In this document: positions 7,545 through 15,578 of the stretch, one piece after another
Position numbering within the stretch: the stretch's first letter is position 1
Layout: each line of letters starts with the position of its first letter
Made by a program: the position numbers and the translations under genes
Assembly (NCBI RefSeq): GCF_000195755.1
Contig: NC_002937.3
Location: 2,250,001-2,282,000 of the forward strand
Direction: 5' to 3'
Length of the DNA: 32,000 bases
From: Nitratidesulfovibrio vulgaris str. Hildenborough
Lineage (GTDB): Bacteria; Desulfobacterota; Desulfovibrionia; Desulfovibrionales; Desulfovibrionaceae
The notes under the pieces: generated by a model
Databases searched by the model: none
What the model was told of the DNA's origin: nothing
Seen by the model: the letters and a program-made list of their open reading frames with translations, nothing else

Positions 7545-10462
7545 CCCCTCCTCGTCAGAGTGGGCCGTGCGCCGTAGCGACTGCGCATGGCGGTATCCAC
7601 GCCGCTGCCATGACGGCGCACCTCGCGGGCCACGGCCTCACCGATGATGACGTCGATGTTGCGGCCTCCCCGGGCGTCCTGCGTCTCGCGCGTCTCGACC
7701 GGGGCACCGCTATGATTGTGGACGTTGACGGTGACATTCACGCTGGATGAGTCGGCGCCTGTGGCGGATGTCCGAGCACCGGCAAGGGCATTCAACACGC
7801 TGTTGGGCTGGATGACACCTGACACATTCGGTTGGAAAAGCTCAGGGCCTCTCTCGCCTACAAGGTAGGTCCTGCCAGCCGCTACCGGCCCCCCGGACGC
7901 ACGCGTGCCGGCAATGCCGGGCACCCTGTCGGCGTAGTCGCCCCACACGCCGGAGGAAGAACCGCCCGTGCCACCACCCCAAGCGAACATGCCACCGACC
8001 CACGAACCCACAGCACCCGCCAGCGGGCCGGTTATGCTCTGCCTGATGGCGATGCGCGCAAGGTCGGCGATGATGGAGTCTGCAAGTGAAGAGAACTCGA
8101 GCTTGCCCTTGGTGCATGCCTCCACAAGGGCGTCTTCGAAGCCCTTTGTAACATCGGTGGCGAAGTCCCCCCATTGTTGCGCGGCATTCCGTGTCGCCTC
8201 GTAGTATTCGATGGTGACGCGCCTCATGCCGCTGTAGGCATCGGTGGCAGACTGCAGGCGCTTGCGGTCGAGCCATCGCTGTATGTCCGCCTCGGCGACT
8301 CCGGCCGCGCGAAAATCTTCAAGCCGCTTGTTCAGCGCCCGCATCTGCAGGGCCTCGTCGTTGCGGTAGAGTTGGGCCAGCTCGTCGTAGAAGGCGATGC
8401 GTGCCTGCATGTTCTCCTGCACCACAGCGGCGTGCGCCGCCTCCACCGTCAGTTCACGCTTGCGGGCCGCCACCGCCCCGTCGATGCCCTTCAAGAGGTC
8501 TGCACGGTACTCGCGTTCGGCAGCCGCCGTGGTGGTGAGCATCGACAGCTTCTGGCGGTCGATGGTGCCGTCATCGCGGGTGGCGGCCCGGATGGCCTCT
8601 GCCCTGTCTTCAAGGGCTTGCGTCTCAAGCTCCACCGCGCGGGTGGACTTGGCAACCTCTTCGGGCGTGAACCCGTTGTGCTGCTTGGCGTACTCCATGA
8701 CATCGGCAAAGGCCCGCACCTGCGGGTTGGTCGCGCCAAGCACCTTGGCGAAGGCGTCATACTCCTTCGCCAGCCTGGCTATGCGGCCCTGCCCTTCTGT
8801 GCCCGTGTCGCCATAGCGGGCGAGCTTCTCGGTGATGGATTCGGTGGCCGACGCGATCTTCGACGCACCCTTGGTGTCGGTCGAAATGCGCGGGGGACTC
8901 GTGATGCGAAGGCCGGCCGTCGTGGAGGCCTTGAACGCCGCATCCATGGCCCTGTCGCGGGCAGAGAGGTCGCCGTACTGGCTCTGCCACGACCGCACCG
9001 CGTACTCCATCTCGGCGCGGTCGATGTTCTCTTGCATGGCCTTCCAGCCTGCGGAGCCTTTCATGTACGTGCGCTGCTTGCGGCGCATCATCTCAAGGTT
9101 GCGCTGCGCGTTGGCCGGGTCGTGCATCGCGGCGAGCTTTTCCTCAAGCCCGTCCTTGCCTGAAAAGACGAGGTCGCCCCACGAGAGGGTTCCCTTGTTG
9201 ATGCCCTCAAGGGCGCGATGCCACCGTTCACCGACGCCATAGAGGGTGGAAACCCCCGCCGTGACGAGCATCCCCTTCTTGCCGCCAATCAGCGCAGCGA
9301 GAAGGCCAGCCTCGCGAATGGGTTCGGGCAGCTTGTTCCAGCCCTCGACCACGTCGGAGAGCACACTGCCGATGGCCGTGCCCACACCGCCTAGAACCCT
9401 CAGTGCGGTCTGCCCGGTATGCGCCACATTGCCCAGCGTGGTCTCGATGGACTGGAGCGTATCCGGGTCGTTCAGCTCATGCAGCTTGTCGATGAACTCG
9501 CGTGTGAGGGTGATGACGCCCCCGCCCAGCACGTCATTCAGACGCCGCAGGCTGTCGACGATGTTCTCCACGCCCGAACCGGCCCGCAGGTTCTGCGCAT
9601 CGACCAGTTCGCCCAGCAGCTCACGGTACGACTGCTTGACGCCCGCGAACAGGCCACGCCCCGTCTGGCCGGACAGAAAGCCAAGGGCATCCTGCATGTT
9701 GGACGACAGGCCAGACCACGTGTCGGCGACATCCTTGCCCGCGAGCTTGAACGATTCGAGCCGCTTGTTCAGTTCTGCGACCAGTGTGCCCTGCTGCTTC
9801 CACGTCTTCACCATCTCGCCCGTGATGCCCAGGGCCACGGCGAGGCGGTCTTGCGTGGGAACGATGGTTCCATCGAGCAGGCTGCGGGCCTCTGCGGAAA
9901 GCTGGTTGAGGGGAATGCCAAGCGCACCAAGCGACTGCACCACGGACAGCGTGAAGTCGGCCGTCTGTTCCAGCGTCATGCCCACCGCCGACGCCGGGCC
10001 GATGAGGGCCTGAAAGCCCTCCACGAGCTGGTCGGTGGTGGCCGTCGTCTCAAGGCCCATCACCTGTATGCGGCGCATGGACTGTTCGGCCAGTTGCTGG
10101 GCGGCGTTGTACTTCTCCATACCCTCGAGGGTGCGGCCCTGTGCCGTGGTCAGGGTGTTGACCGCTGCGATGACCGACCCGATGCCGATGCGCGACTCTT
10201 CCCACTGTGCGTTGAAGTCGAAGCCGCGCCGCCCGAAGTCCACAGCCGCTTCGAGGGCCTTGTAGCCGGACACGGCGGCCGCAAGCTGCATGGTCAGCCG
10301 TTCGAACGAGGTGCTCATGGCATCCGTGCCGGCACGGGCACGCGGCCCCACGCCTTCGGCGCTTGTGCCCAGCGCCCCAAGCTCCATGGCGATGCGCCGT
10401 ATGGCGTTGGAGGCCTTGTCTTCGGTCTCTATGGTGATGCGCGTACCCGGATTGGCCGCCAT
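7541..10462 (-). CDS. Tail tape measure protein
   Basis: ~973-aa Ala/Gly/Leu-rich, largely helical protein located after the G/G-T chaperone pair. ATG at 10462 is preceded by GGGAG with a 5-nt spacer. The tracked start at 10468 is a GTG that overlaps the T-frame stop. Confidence 0.9.
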   Translation of the reverse strand: MAANPGTRITIETEDKASNAIRRIAMELGALGTSAEGVGPRARAGTDAMSTSFERLTMQLAAAVSGYKALEAAVDFGRRGFDFNAQWEESRIGIGSVIAAVNTLTTAQGRTLEGMEKYNAAQQLAEQSMRRIQVMGLETTATTDQLVEGFQALIGPASAVGMTLEQTADFTLSVVQSLGALGIPLNQLSAEARSLLDGTIVPTQDRLAVALGITGEMVKTWKQQGTLVAELNKRLESFKLAGKDVADTWSGLSSNMQDALGFLSGQTGRGLFAGVKQSYRELLGELVDAQNLRAGSGVENIVDSLRRLNDVLGGGVITLTREFIDKLHELNDPDTLQSIETTLGNVAHTGQTALRVLGGVGTAIGSVLSDVVEGWNKLPEPIREAGLLAALIGGKKGMLVTAGVSTLYGVGERWHRALEGINKGTLSWGDLVFSGKDGLEEKLAAMHDPANAQRNLEMMRRKQRTYMKGSAGWKAMQENIDRAEMEYAVRSWQSQYGDLSARDRAMDAAFKASTTAGLRITSPPRISTDTKGASKIASATESITEKLARYGDTGTEGQGRIARLAKEYDAFAKVLGATNPQVRAFADVMEYAKQHNGFTPEEVAKSTRAVELETQALEDRAEAIRAATRDDGTIDRQKLSMLTTTAAAEREYRADLLKGIDGAVAARKRELTVEAAHAAVVQENMQARIAFYDELAQLYRNDEALQMRALNKRLEDFRAAGVAEADIQRWLDRKRLQSATDAYSGMRRVTIEYYEATRNAAQQWGDFATDVTKGFEDALVEACTKGKLEFSSLADSIIADLARIAIRQSITGPLAGAVGSWVGGMFAWGGGTGGSSSGVWGDYADRVPGIAGTRASGGPVAAGRTYLVGERGPELFQPNVSGVIQPNSVLNALAGARTSATGADSSSVNVTVNVHNHSGAPVETRETQDARGGRNIDVIIGEAVAREVRRHGSGVDTAMRSRYGARPTLTRRG

Positions 10463-10464
10463 GT

Positions 10465-11111
10465 TCACTCCCGCTTCTGTGCTTCCCTGTCACGGCGCAG
10501 CGTCTCGGTCTCTAGGGCTGCGAGCTTGTGGTAGTCGTGCCACGTAAGCTCGGCCCCGAAGAACTCCGCCATCTGGAACACCGCTGGCCAATCGAGCGCC
10601 ACCCTGCCGTTGAAGCCGATGCGCCACTGGCCGTTCACCCTCGCCCAGAACTCCCAGATGGCCATGTTCGCTGGCATGAGTTCCGGGCCCTGGCCGTATT
10701 CGCAGCCGGCGCAATCGGGAGCCTCCGACTGCGCCGACGCGCGGCATGTTTCGCAGTAGGCTAGTCGGTCTGGGTCGGCTGCGAACCGCCAGACCTCAAC
10801 AAGTTTTTTATCTCCTCCTCGGGGTAGCCGAGGCTGTAGAGCCACGTCTCGTTGATGAGTTGCAGCACGTCGCGGTTGGGCAGGTCGTCCCACGGTTCCA
10901 GCTCGGGGTGCATCTCGCGCACGCACGCCTCACGTCTGGTCACGAACTCGTCGTTGACGATCCGGCTCAGGGCCTCGTCATCGCCGCGTGCGGCCCTGGC
11001 TGCGGAGGCGGCCCGCTGCTTCTCCATGCCGAGCAGCGCCACGCAATCGCTGCGCTTGAGCGAATGCAGCTCGGCCTCTTTGCCTGAAACGGTCAGCATG
11101 ACCTTGGGCAT
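10465..11111 (-). CDS. Tail assembly chaperone frameshift product (G-T-like fusion, -1 PRF at 10803-10809)
   Basis: The second ORF (10465-10926) overlaps the G-like ORF in the -1 frame (minus-strand codon phase 2 mod 3 shifting to 0 mod 3). After slippage the reading continues KKLVEVWRF... to the TGA at 10465. Confidence 0.7.
10761..11111 (-). CDS. Tail assembly chaperone (lambda G-like)
   Basis: 116-aa ORF between the major tail and tape measure genes. It contains the slippery heptamer near its 3' end. Confidence 0.8.
   Translation of the reverse strand: MPKVMLTVSGKEAELHSLKRSDCVALLGMEKQRAASAARAARGDDEALSRIVNDEFVTRREACVREMHPELEPWDDLPNRDVLQLINETWLYSLGYPEEEIKNLLRSGGSQPTQTD
10803..10809 (-). 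promoter_or_regulatory. Programmed -1 ribosomal frameshift slippery heptamer A_AAA_AAC
   Basis: The minus strand reads GAG ATA AAA AAC TTG in the G frame. The heptamer A AAA AAC is in the canonical X_XXY_YYZ phase. Confidence 0.75.
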
Positions 11112-11119
11112 GGTGTCTC

Positions 11120-12064
11120 CTAGTAGGTGGCGATGGTGTTGGTGAGCGTGGCCACGACCACCGAACTGGCGGCATGGTCGGCATGGTAGGCAGACCAGGC
11201 GAACTCGCAGCGCATCCCCTTGGGGCCGTCGATGGTGGGGCCCGTCAGCTCGAACTGCAGTTCGTTGAACGTGAAGGTGAGGATGTTCGCCCCGGCCGTG
11301 AAGGAAAGCTCAAGAGAGGTCTCGGTGGAGTTCATCGCCTTGTCGAGCAGTGCGGCGTCCTTGAGCAGGGCCGTGAGGCTGCCGCTCACCGTCATCAGAC
11401 CTTCGGAGATGTCGCCCCGGGCACCGCCCTCGCCGATGCAGAAGGTGTCGCCATCAAGCCCGGCATCGAGGGAGAAGTTGAAGGATGGGCACACGCCGAT
11501 GGCCTGCCCGCCCTCCTTGAGCGTCGCCTGAAAGTTGCTGAACCGCGCGAACTGCGCCGCTTCGGGGCTGCTGTCGCACGAGGTAGCGCCCTTGATCTGC
11601 TTCGACCCCATGAGATCGACCGTGGCCAGCAATTCACCGTCGCCCCCCACATCCATGGAGAACTTCGAGACCTTGCAGCCCTTGTTCAGCAGATAGAACG
11701 GCACATCGGTGGGCACGCGGGTCTCGATGAACAGGCTCGGCTGTTCATCGCCCACCTTGAAGGTGTGCACATAGGGCCCGGTGCCGGTGGTCACGGGTGC
11801 GCCGAACATCGCCTTGAGCCAATAGCCCATGGACAGCGCATCGACGGGCACCACGGCGGCACCGCCAAGGTCGGTGTAGCCGTCGAACGGCTGTGCCGGG
11901 TTGCGTGTGCCGAGCAGCGTGCCGCCCGTGTTCTTCTTGCGGCTGGGCTTCAGGTTGCAGGTGTTGATGGGCATCATCACCCCCACGGGGGTCGCCGTCA
12001 CACCGTAGCTGTCTTCGAAACCCAGCATGAGCGTGGCCTTGTAGCCTCTGGCCTGCTTCGTCAT
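11120..12064 (-). CDS. Major tail (tube) protein
   Basis: 314 aa from the ATG at 12064 (RBS AAGGAGAA). It lies immediately upstream of the chaperone pair. The tracked N-terminal extension to 12394 is Arg/His-rich junk that overlaps the preceding gene. Confidence 0.8.
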   Translation of the reverse strand: MTKQARGYKATLMLGFEDSYGVTATPVGVMMPINTCNLKPSRKKNTGGTLLGTRNPAQPFDGYTDLGGAAVVPVDALSMGYWLKAMFGAPVTTGTGPYVHTFKVGDEQPSLFIETRVPTDVPFYLLNKGCKVSKFSMDVGGDGELLATVDLMGSKQIKGATSCDSSPEAAQFARFSNFQATLKEGGQAIGVCPSFNFSLDAGLDGDTFCIGEGGARGDISEGLMTVSGSLTALLKDAALLDKAMNSTETSLELSFTAGANILTFTFNELQFELTGPTIDGPKGMRCEFAWSAYHADHAASSVVVATLTNTIATY

Positions 12065-12081
12065 GTTCGTTCTCCTTGTGG

Positions 12082-12549
12082 TTACTGCCAGCCGTCGGAA
12101 CCGATGCCGATGACATTCGGCTCTCGCACGGTCACCACCATGTCGCGTTCGGCATAGCCGCCCTTGGCCGGATGCGTCGTGCCCTCGCCCACCACAGGCG
12201 GGCAGGTGGTGCCTGCCAGCACGCGCATGACGGCAGGGGCGAATTGACGTTCCATGGCCACGATGGCCGGTTCGGTGACGATGTTCGCTGTCTTGTCGGG
12301 CTTCGCCTGCACATGCACGCCGAAGTAGATGATGATGCCCCAGCGGTGTTCTTCGGCCTCCGGGCCGCGCTCGTCGCCTGCGGGTTGCAGGCACACGTAG
12401 GGGGCGTCCTTCTTCTCCGGCTCATGGGCCACGTCCAGCCCCACGAAGACCTTGAGCGGTGCGCCGAAGGCCGTGGTGCACAGCGCACCGAGTTCGGCGT
12501 CGGTGACGAGAGCCTGCGCCCACGTGTCCATGATGTCGAAGGTGTTCAT
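12082..12549 (-). CDS. Head-tail joining / tail terminator-like protein
   Basis: 155-aa ORF with an ATGA overlap to the upstream gene. Function inferred from its position before the major tail gene. Confidence 0.6.
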   Translation of the reverse strand: MNTFDIMDTWAQALVTDAELGALCTTAFGAPLKVFVGLDVAHEPEKKDAPYVCLQPAGDERGPEAEEHRWGIIIYFGVHVQAKPDKTANIVTEPAIVAMERQFAPAVMRVLAGTTCPPVVGEGTTHPAKGGYAERDMVVTVREPNVIGIGSDGWQ

Positions 12550-13256
12550 GCGTTACCCCCTGATGCACGCTTCGCCGCGTTCGACCGGGTCTCGTGCATC
12601 CACTCCGCACCGCGTTCCACATAGCGGGCGACCTTGGTCTGGAAGAGTTCGATAAGCTCCTCGCGCCGCGCCTCGTAGGCCTCGCGCATCAACGGGCGGG
12701 CGGGAACCGTGATGGAGCGGGGGATCTTGCGCTTGGCCACGGCGTAGAGCCTGCGGGATTTGTCAGTCACCCTTGGGGTCACACCACGCTGCACCATGTA
12801 GCCGAGGCGCTGGGCAGAGGCCGAAAGCCAGCCCACGTCCACCCGCATCTGCGGCAAGGGGTAGCGGAAATAACCGATAGGCCCGTAAAGCTGCCCGAAG
12901 AACCGCCCGCGTCGACGCGGGCGCGGCCTGCCGAGCAACTCGTCGAAGACCCCGGAACGGGTGATGGGCGAGAGCTTGGGCCACGAGGTGCCTTCGGGGC
13001 CGCCGCGCACGATGTCGGCGCGAATGCCCTTCTGCATGGCGAAGCCGAGGGCCGAAAGGGCCTTGTGGGCCTCCTTCGGCAGCATGTCGGCGAGGTTGCG
13101 CAACCACGGCCCGGCATCGGCGGTGACGGATGCCGAGAGAAGCGAGGCTCCACGGTCAGAGAAGAACGGGTCGCGCCGGTAGCCCACGCGCACCTTGCCG
13201 TTCCTGTCCACCCTCTCCTGCCGAGTGTAGATGAACCCAACCTGCCCCGTAGCCAT
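12546..13256 (-). CDS. Tail completion / head-tail joining protein (HK97 gp10- or Mu G-like)
   Basis: 236 aa from the ATG at 13256 (ATGA overlap). The C-terminal IPRSITVPARPLM motif resembles the (I)P.RPF motif of tail-completion families. Confidence 0.55.
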   Translation of the reverse strand: MATGQVGFIYTRQERVDRNGKVRVGYRRDPFFSDRGASLLSASVTADAGPWLRNLADMLPKEAHKALSALGFAMQKGIRADIVRGGPEGTSWPKLSPITRSGVFDELLGRPRPRRRGRFFGQLYGPIGYFRYPLPQMRVDVGWLSASAQRLGYMVQRGVTPRVTDKSRRLYAVAKRKIPRSITVPARPLMREAYEARREELIELFQTKVARYVERGAEWMHETRSNAAKRASGGNA

Positions 13257-13606
13257 CAGCGCAGCCTCGCCCGCTCTTCGCTCACGCAGTGCAACAGCAG
13301 CAGCCCGGCCCCGGCCAGCCCCAGCGGTTTGCAGTAACGCAGCTGCCATACGCCGCCGAGCATGGTGACCTCGTCGCCACGTTCAGGTATGGCTGGCAGG
13401 TCGCCCGACACCACATACGCCAGGGCGAGACGCCCGCGCTCGCCGGAATATCCGGCCACCTGCGAGTCGAGCAGGCACACCCCACGGTCGACGACCATGG
13501 CCTGCACCGCGTGGGCTGCGCCCGAGACCGAAACGGTGACCGTCTCGGCCCCGAGCGAGCCGCACAGCGAGCGCAGCGTCTTCACGAGCGTCTCGTTCAG
13601 GCTCAT
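13256..13606 (-). CDS. Head-tail adaptor / head closure-like protein
   Basis: 116 aa from the ATG at 13606 (ATGA overlap with the small upstream ORF). Function inferred from position. Confidence 0.55.
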   Translation of the reverse strand: MSLNETLVKTLRSLCGSLGAETVTVSVSGAAHAVQAMVVDRGVCLLDSQVAGYSGERGRLALAYVVSGDLPAIPERGDEVTMLGGVWQLRYCKPLGLAGAGLLLLHCVSEERARLR

Positions 13607-13770
13607 CACGCTTCCTTGTCGTAGGCGTCGGGGTCGCGCACGAGGTCGACGAGCGAACGCACCTTCTCCTCGGTGACTTCGCCCCGGCAACGGTTCACCG
13701 CATCGAGCACCGCCGGGATGCCATGACGTGCCGCCAGTTCGAGGATGGCGACAAGCAACGCCCTACCCAT
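13606..13770 (-). CDS. Small phage protein, 54 aa (not in the ORF track)
   Basis: ATG at 13770 is preceded by GGGAGGTG. The TGA overlaps the next ATG as ATGA. Codon third positions are strongly G/C. Sequence: MGRALLVAILELAARHGIPAVLDAVNRCRGEVTEEKVRSLVDLVRDPDAYDKEA. Confidence 0.55.
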   Translation of the reverse strand: MGRALLVAILELAARHGIPAVLDAVNRCRGEVTEEKVRSLVDLVRDPDAYDKEA

Positions 13771-14173
13771 TCTGCACCTCCCTCGCGCCCTGTTCGGGCA
13801 CGCCTATCTGCCGCAGGTAATCGGTGAGTTCCGCAAGCCGCAGGGCCATGGACGACAGCGTGGCGAGGATGCGCTCGCGCTGTGCCTCAGAGTCGGTGGC
13901 CTCGCGCCCGCTGGCGACATACTCCTCAAGGGCGATGCGGGCTGCGTGATAAAGAGCATAGAAGTTACGGGCCACGACCTTGCCCCTGGCGTACTGTTCC
14001 GCCGTGATGAGGCCCTCCGAGCGGGCATCTGCCATGCTGTGCATGGTGACGTCGTAGACGGCCCCGGCACCTACGAGGGTGCGGTAGGCGTTGGTCTCGA
14101 ACTCGGCAGGCTTGCAGCCGAGGCAGAGCGTCGCCAGCAGCGCCACCAGCGCGAAGATGGAAAGACGTTTCAT
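13763..14173 (-). CDS. Phage lipoprotein (candidate outer-membrane spanin component or surface/exclusion lipoprotein)
   Basis: 136 aa from the ATG at 14173 (RBS GGAGAAG). The N-terminus MKRLSIFALVALLATLCLGC is a signal peptide with a lipobox-like LCLG|C. It is the last gene of the lysis cluster. Confidence 0.7.
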   Translation of the reverse strand: MKRLSIFALVALLATLCLGCKPAEFETNAYRTLVGAGAVYDVTMHSMADARSEGLITAEQYARGKVVARNFYALYHAARIALEEYVASGREATDSEAQRERILATLSSMALRLAELTDYLRQIGVPEQGAREVQNG

Positions 14174-14319
14174 GCGCTTCTCCGGTAGAGGATGGGGTGG
14201 ACAATGCGCTCCCACAGACGGGAGACCCATGACGCCAGAGGCCGAGGCAACCCGAGGCAGCGCAGCCGGCAACGCACATGCAGGGCGTTGAAGCGGTGCT
14301 GCGCCGTGCTGCGGTTCAT
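14170..14319 (-). CDS. Small Arg-rich ORF, 49 aa (not in the ORF track)
   Basis: Its ATG at 14319 overlaps the endolysin TGA as ATGA, and its TGA overlaps the lipoprotein ATG as ATGA. Most third codon positions are G/C. It fills an otherwise 142-bp gap. Confidence 0.4.
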   Translation of the reverse strand: MNRSTAQHRFNALHVRCRLRCLGLPRPLASWVSRLWERIVHPILYRRSA

Positions 14320-14831
14320 GCCAGCACGTCCCACGACCCGCCGAGGGCCGCGAGCACCTTCGCCGGGTATTCGGGGTTACGCACCCGTCCGTCGTTGAAC
14401 ACGGCCCCGACACCGCCATTGTAGGCGGCGCACAGGCTCGCGTAGTCGGTGACGCCCTTGCCCGCGAGACGGACAGCCGTCCACGCGAGATGGCGACAGC
14501 CGTACTCGAGACCCTCCGCAGGGTCACACAACCGGGTGAGGTAGACGCCCTTGAAACCCCGCTCTCGCGCCACCTGCCCCATGACCTGCATCAGGCCGAA
14601 CGAGGTCGCCCGCAGGCGCCCTTCGGTCTCACGCGAGCAGGGCCGGACGGCAGCGGGAACGGAGCAGACGACATACCGTTCATAGAATCCGGGCTCGTAG
14701 CGGGTGGCCCACGGGTCGCCGCCCGACTCGACCTGCACGATGGCGGCGACGAGTTCGGCAGGCAGACCGTGTTGCTGGGCCGCACGCTCGATGAGAGCCC
14801 TGTAGGGGCTTTCCATCAGCAGAGTACGCAT
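14316..14831 (-). CDS. Endolysin, lytic transglycosylase (SLT domain)
   Basis: 171 aa from the ATG at 14831. LVAAIVQVESGGDPWATRYEP (catalytic Glu context) and SFGLMQVMG are typical of SLT-type transglycosylases. Confidence 0.85.
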   Translation of the reverse strand: MRTLLMESPYRALIERAAQQHGLPAELVAAIVQVESGGDPWATRYEPGFYERYVVCSVPAAVRPCSRETEGRLRATSFGLMQVMGQVARERGFKGVYLTRLCDPAEGLEYGCRHLAWTAVRLAGKGVTDYASLCAAYNGGVGAVFNDGRVRNPEYPAKVLAALGGSWDVLA

Positions 14832-14838
14832 AACCGCC

Positions 14839-15294
14839 TCACTTCGATGTGCAGAGGTTGTCGCGGTAGGCCCTAAGCCTTTCACGTATCTTCTCGGGGA
14901 CGGGCACGCCGAAGTACGAGAGGTGCTCCAGGCATGAAAGCCCCTCGTTGACGCAAAGGTAGGCCACGAACACGTCACGCAGCGGAATGGTCATGCCAGT
15001 GGACTGGCTCGTGGCGGCCTGCACGGCGGCCATGACCACGATGGAGAGGAAGTAGAACACGAACTTGAGACCACCGCCCCGCAGCTTCGACGAGCTGACG
15101 CGCCCTGCCCTCCACGCACGGCAGAACCCGAGCGCGAAGTCGATGACCAGCAGCAGGAACAACAGCGAGATCATCATTCCCACACCGCCCAGGAGCGTGC
15201 CGACGAACGCAGCGCATGTGCCGATGCTTGCTTTCACGGGGAACTCCTCGCAGAGCGTTCTTGCGTAGCTGCCTATCTGGTCGAGAGTGTGCAT
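14839..15294 (-). CDS. Holin (phage_holin_4 / TcdE-like family)
   Basis: 151 aa from the ATG at 15294 (GGAGG 4 nt upstream). It has three hydrophobic segments and the family-typical motif NEGLSCLEHLSYFGVPVPEKI. Confidence 0.8.
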   Translation of the reverse strand: MHTLDQIGSYARTLCEEFPVKASIGTCAAFVGTLLGGVGMMISLLFLLLVIDFALGFCRAWRAGRVSSSKLRGGGLKFVFYFLSIVVMAAVQAATSQSTGMTIPLRDVFVAYLCVNEGLSCLEHLSYFGVPVPEKIRERLRAYRDNLCTSK

Positions 15295-15366
15295 CGTGCC
15301 TCCGCTGGCCATGCCCTCGGGCCGGGGCTGTTAGACGGGCGGGAGTCTAACCCCAGCCCGCATTGT

Positions 15367-15576
15367 TCACTGGTCGCCGCCCTGCCCGCCCTGGTCGCTG
15401 ACATCTTCAGGGGCCTCCTCGGGGGCTTCGGGCACGGGGGGCTTGCAGGCAGCGCCATCTGCCACGAGCTGCTTCGCCAGTTTCACTTCCAGTTCCAGTT
15501 CAACGCCCGGGAAGTGCAGCGTCCCACGGTGTTTCACCGACTGCATCAGCAGGACGGTCATGGTCTTGGCGGCCAT
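15367..15576 (-). CDS. Small phage protein, 69 aa, unknown function
   Basis: ATG at 15576 lies 2 nt after the capsid stop. The C-terminal tail is acidic and Pro-rich. The tracked longer ORF (to 15720) overlaps the capsid gene. Confidence 0.5.
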   Translation of the reverse strand: MAAKTMTVLLMQSVKHRGTLHFPGVELELEVKLAKQLVADGAACKPPVPEAPEEAPEDVSDQGGQGGDQ

Positions 15577-15578
15577 GG

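Noticed and set aside
12065-12394. N-terminal 110-aa extension of the major tail ORF, and similar extensions at 6256-6318, 6671-6718, 13257-13349, 13607-13690, 14174-14527, 14832-14978, 15577-15720 and 18265-18429
   Set aside because: The extensions are Arg/His/Pro-rich and overlap the upstream gene. Internal ATG/GTG codons with good Shine-Dalgarno sequences or ATGA/GTGA coupling give compact, non-overlapping gene models.
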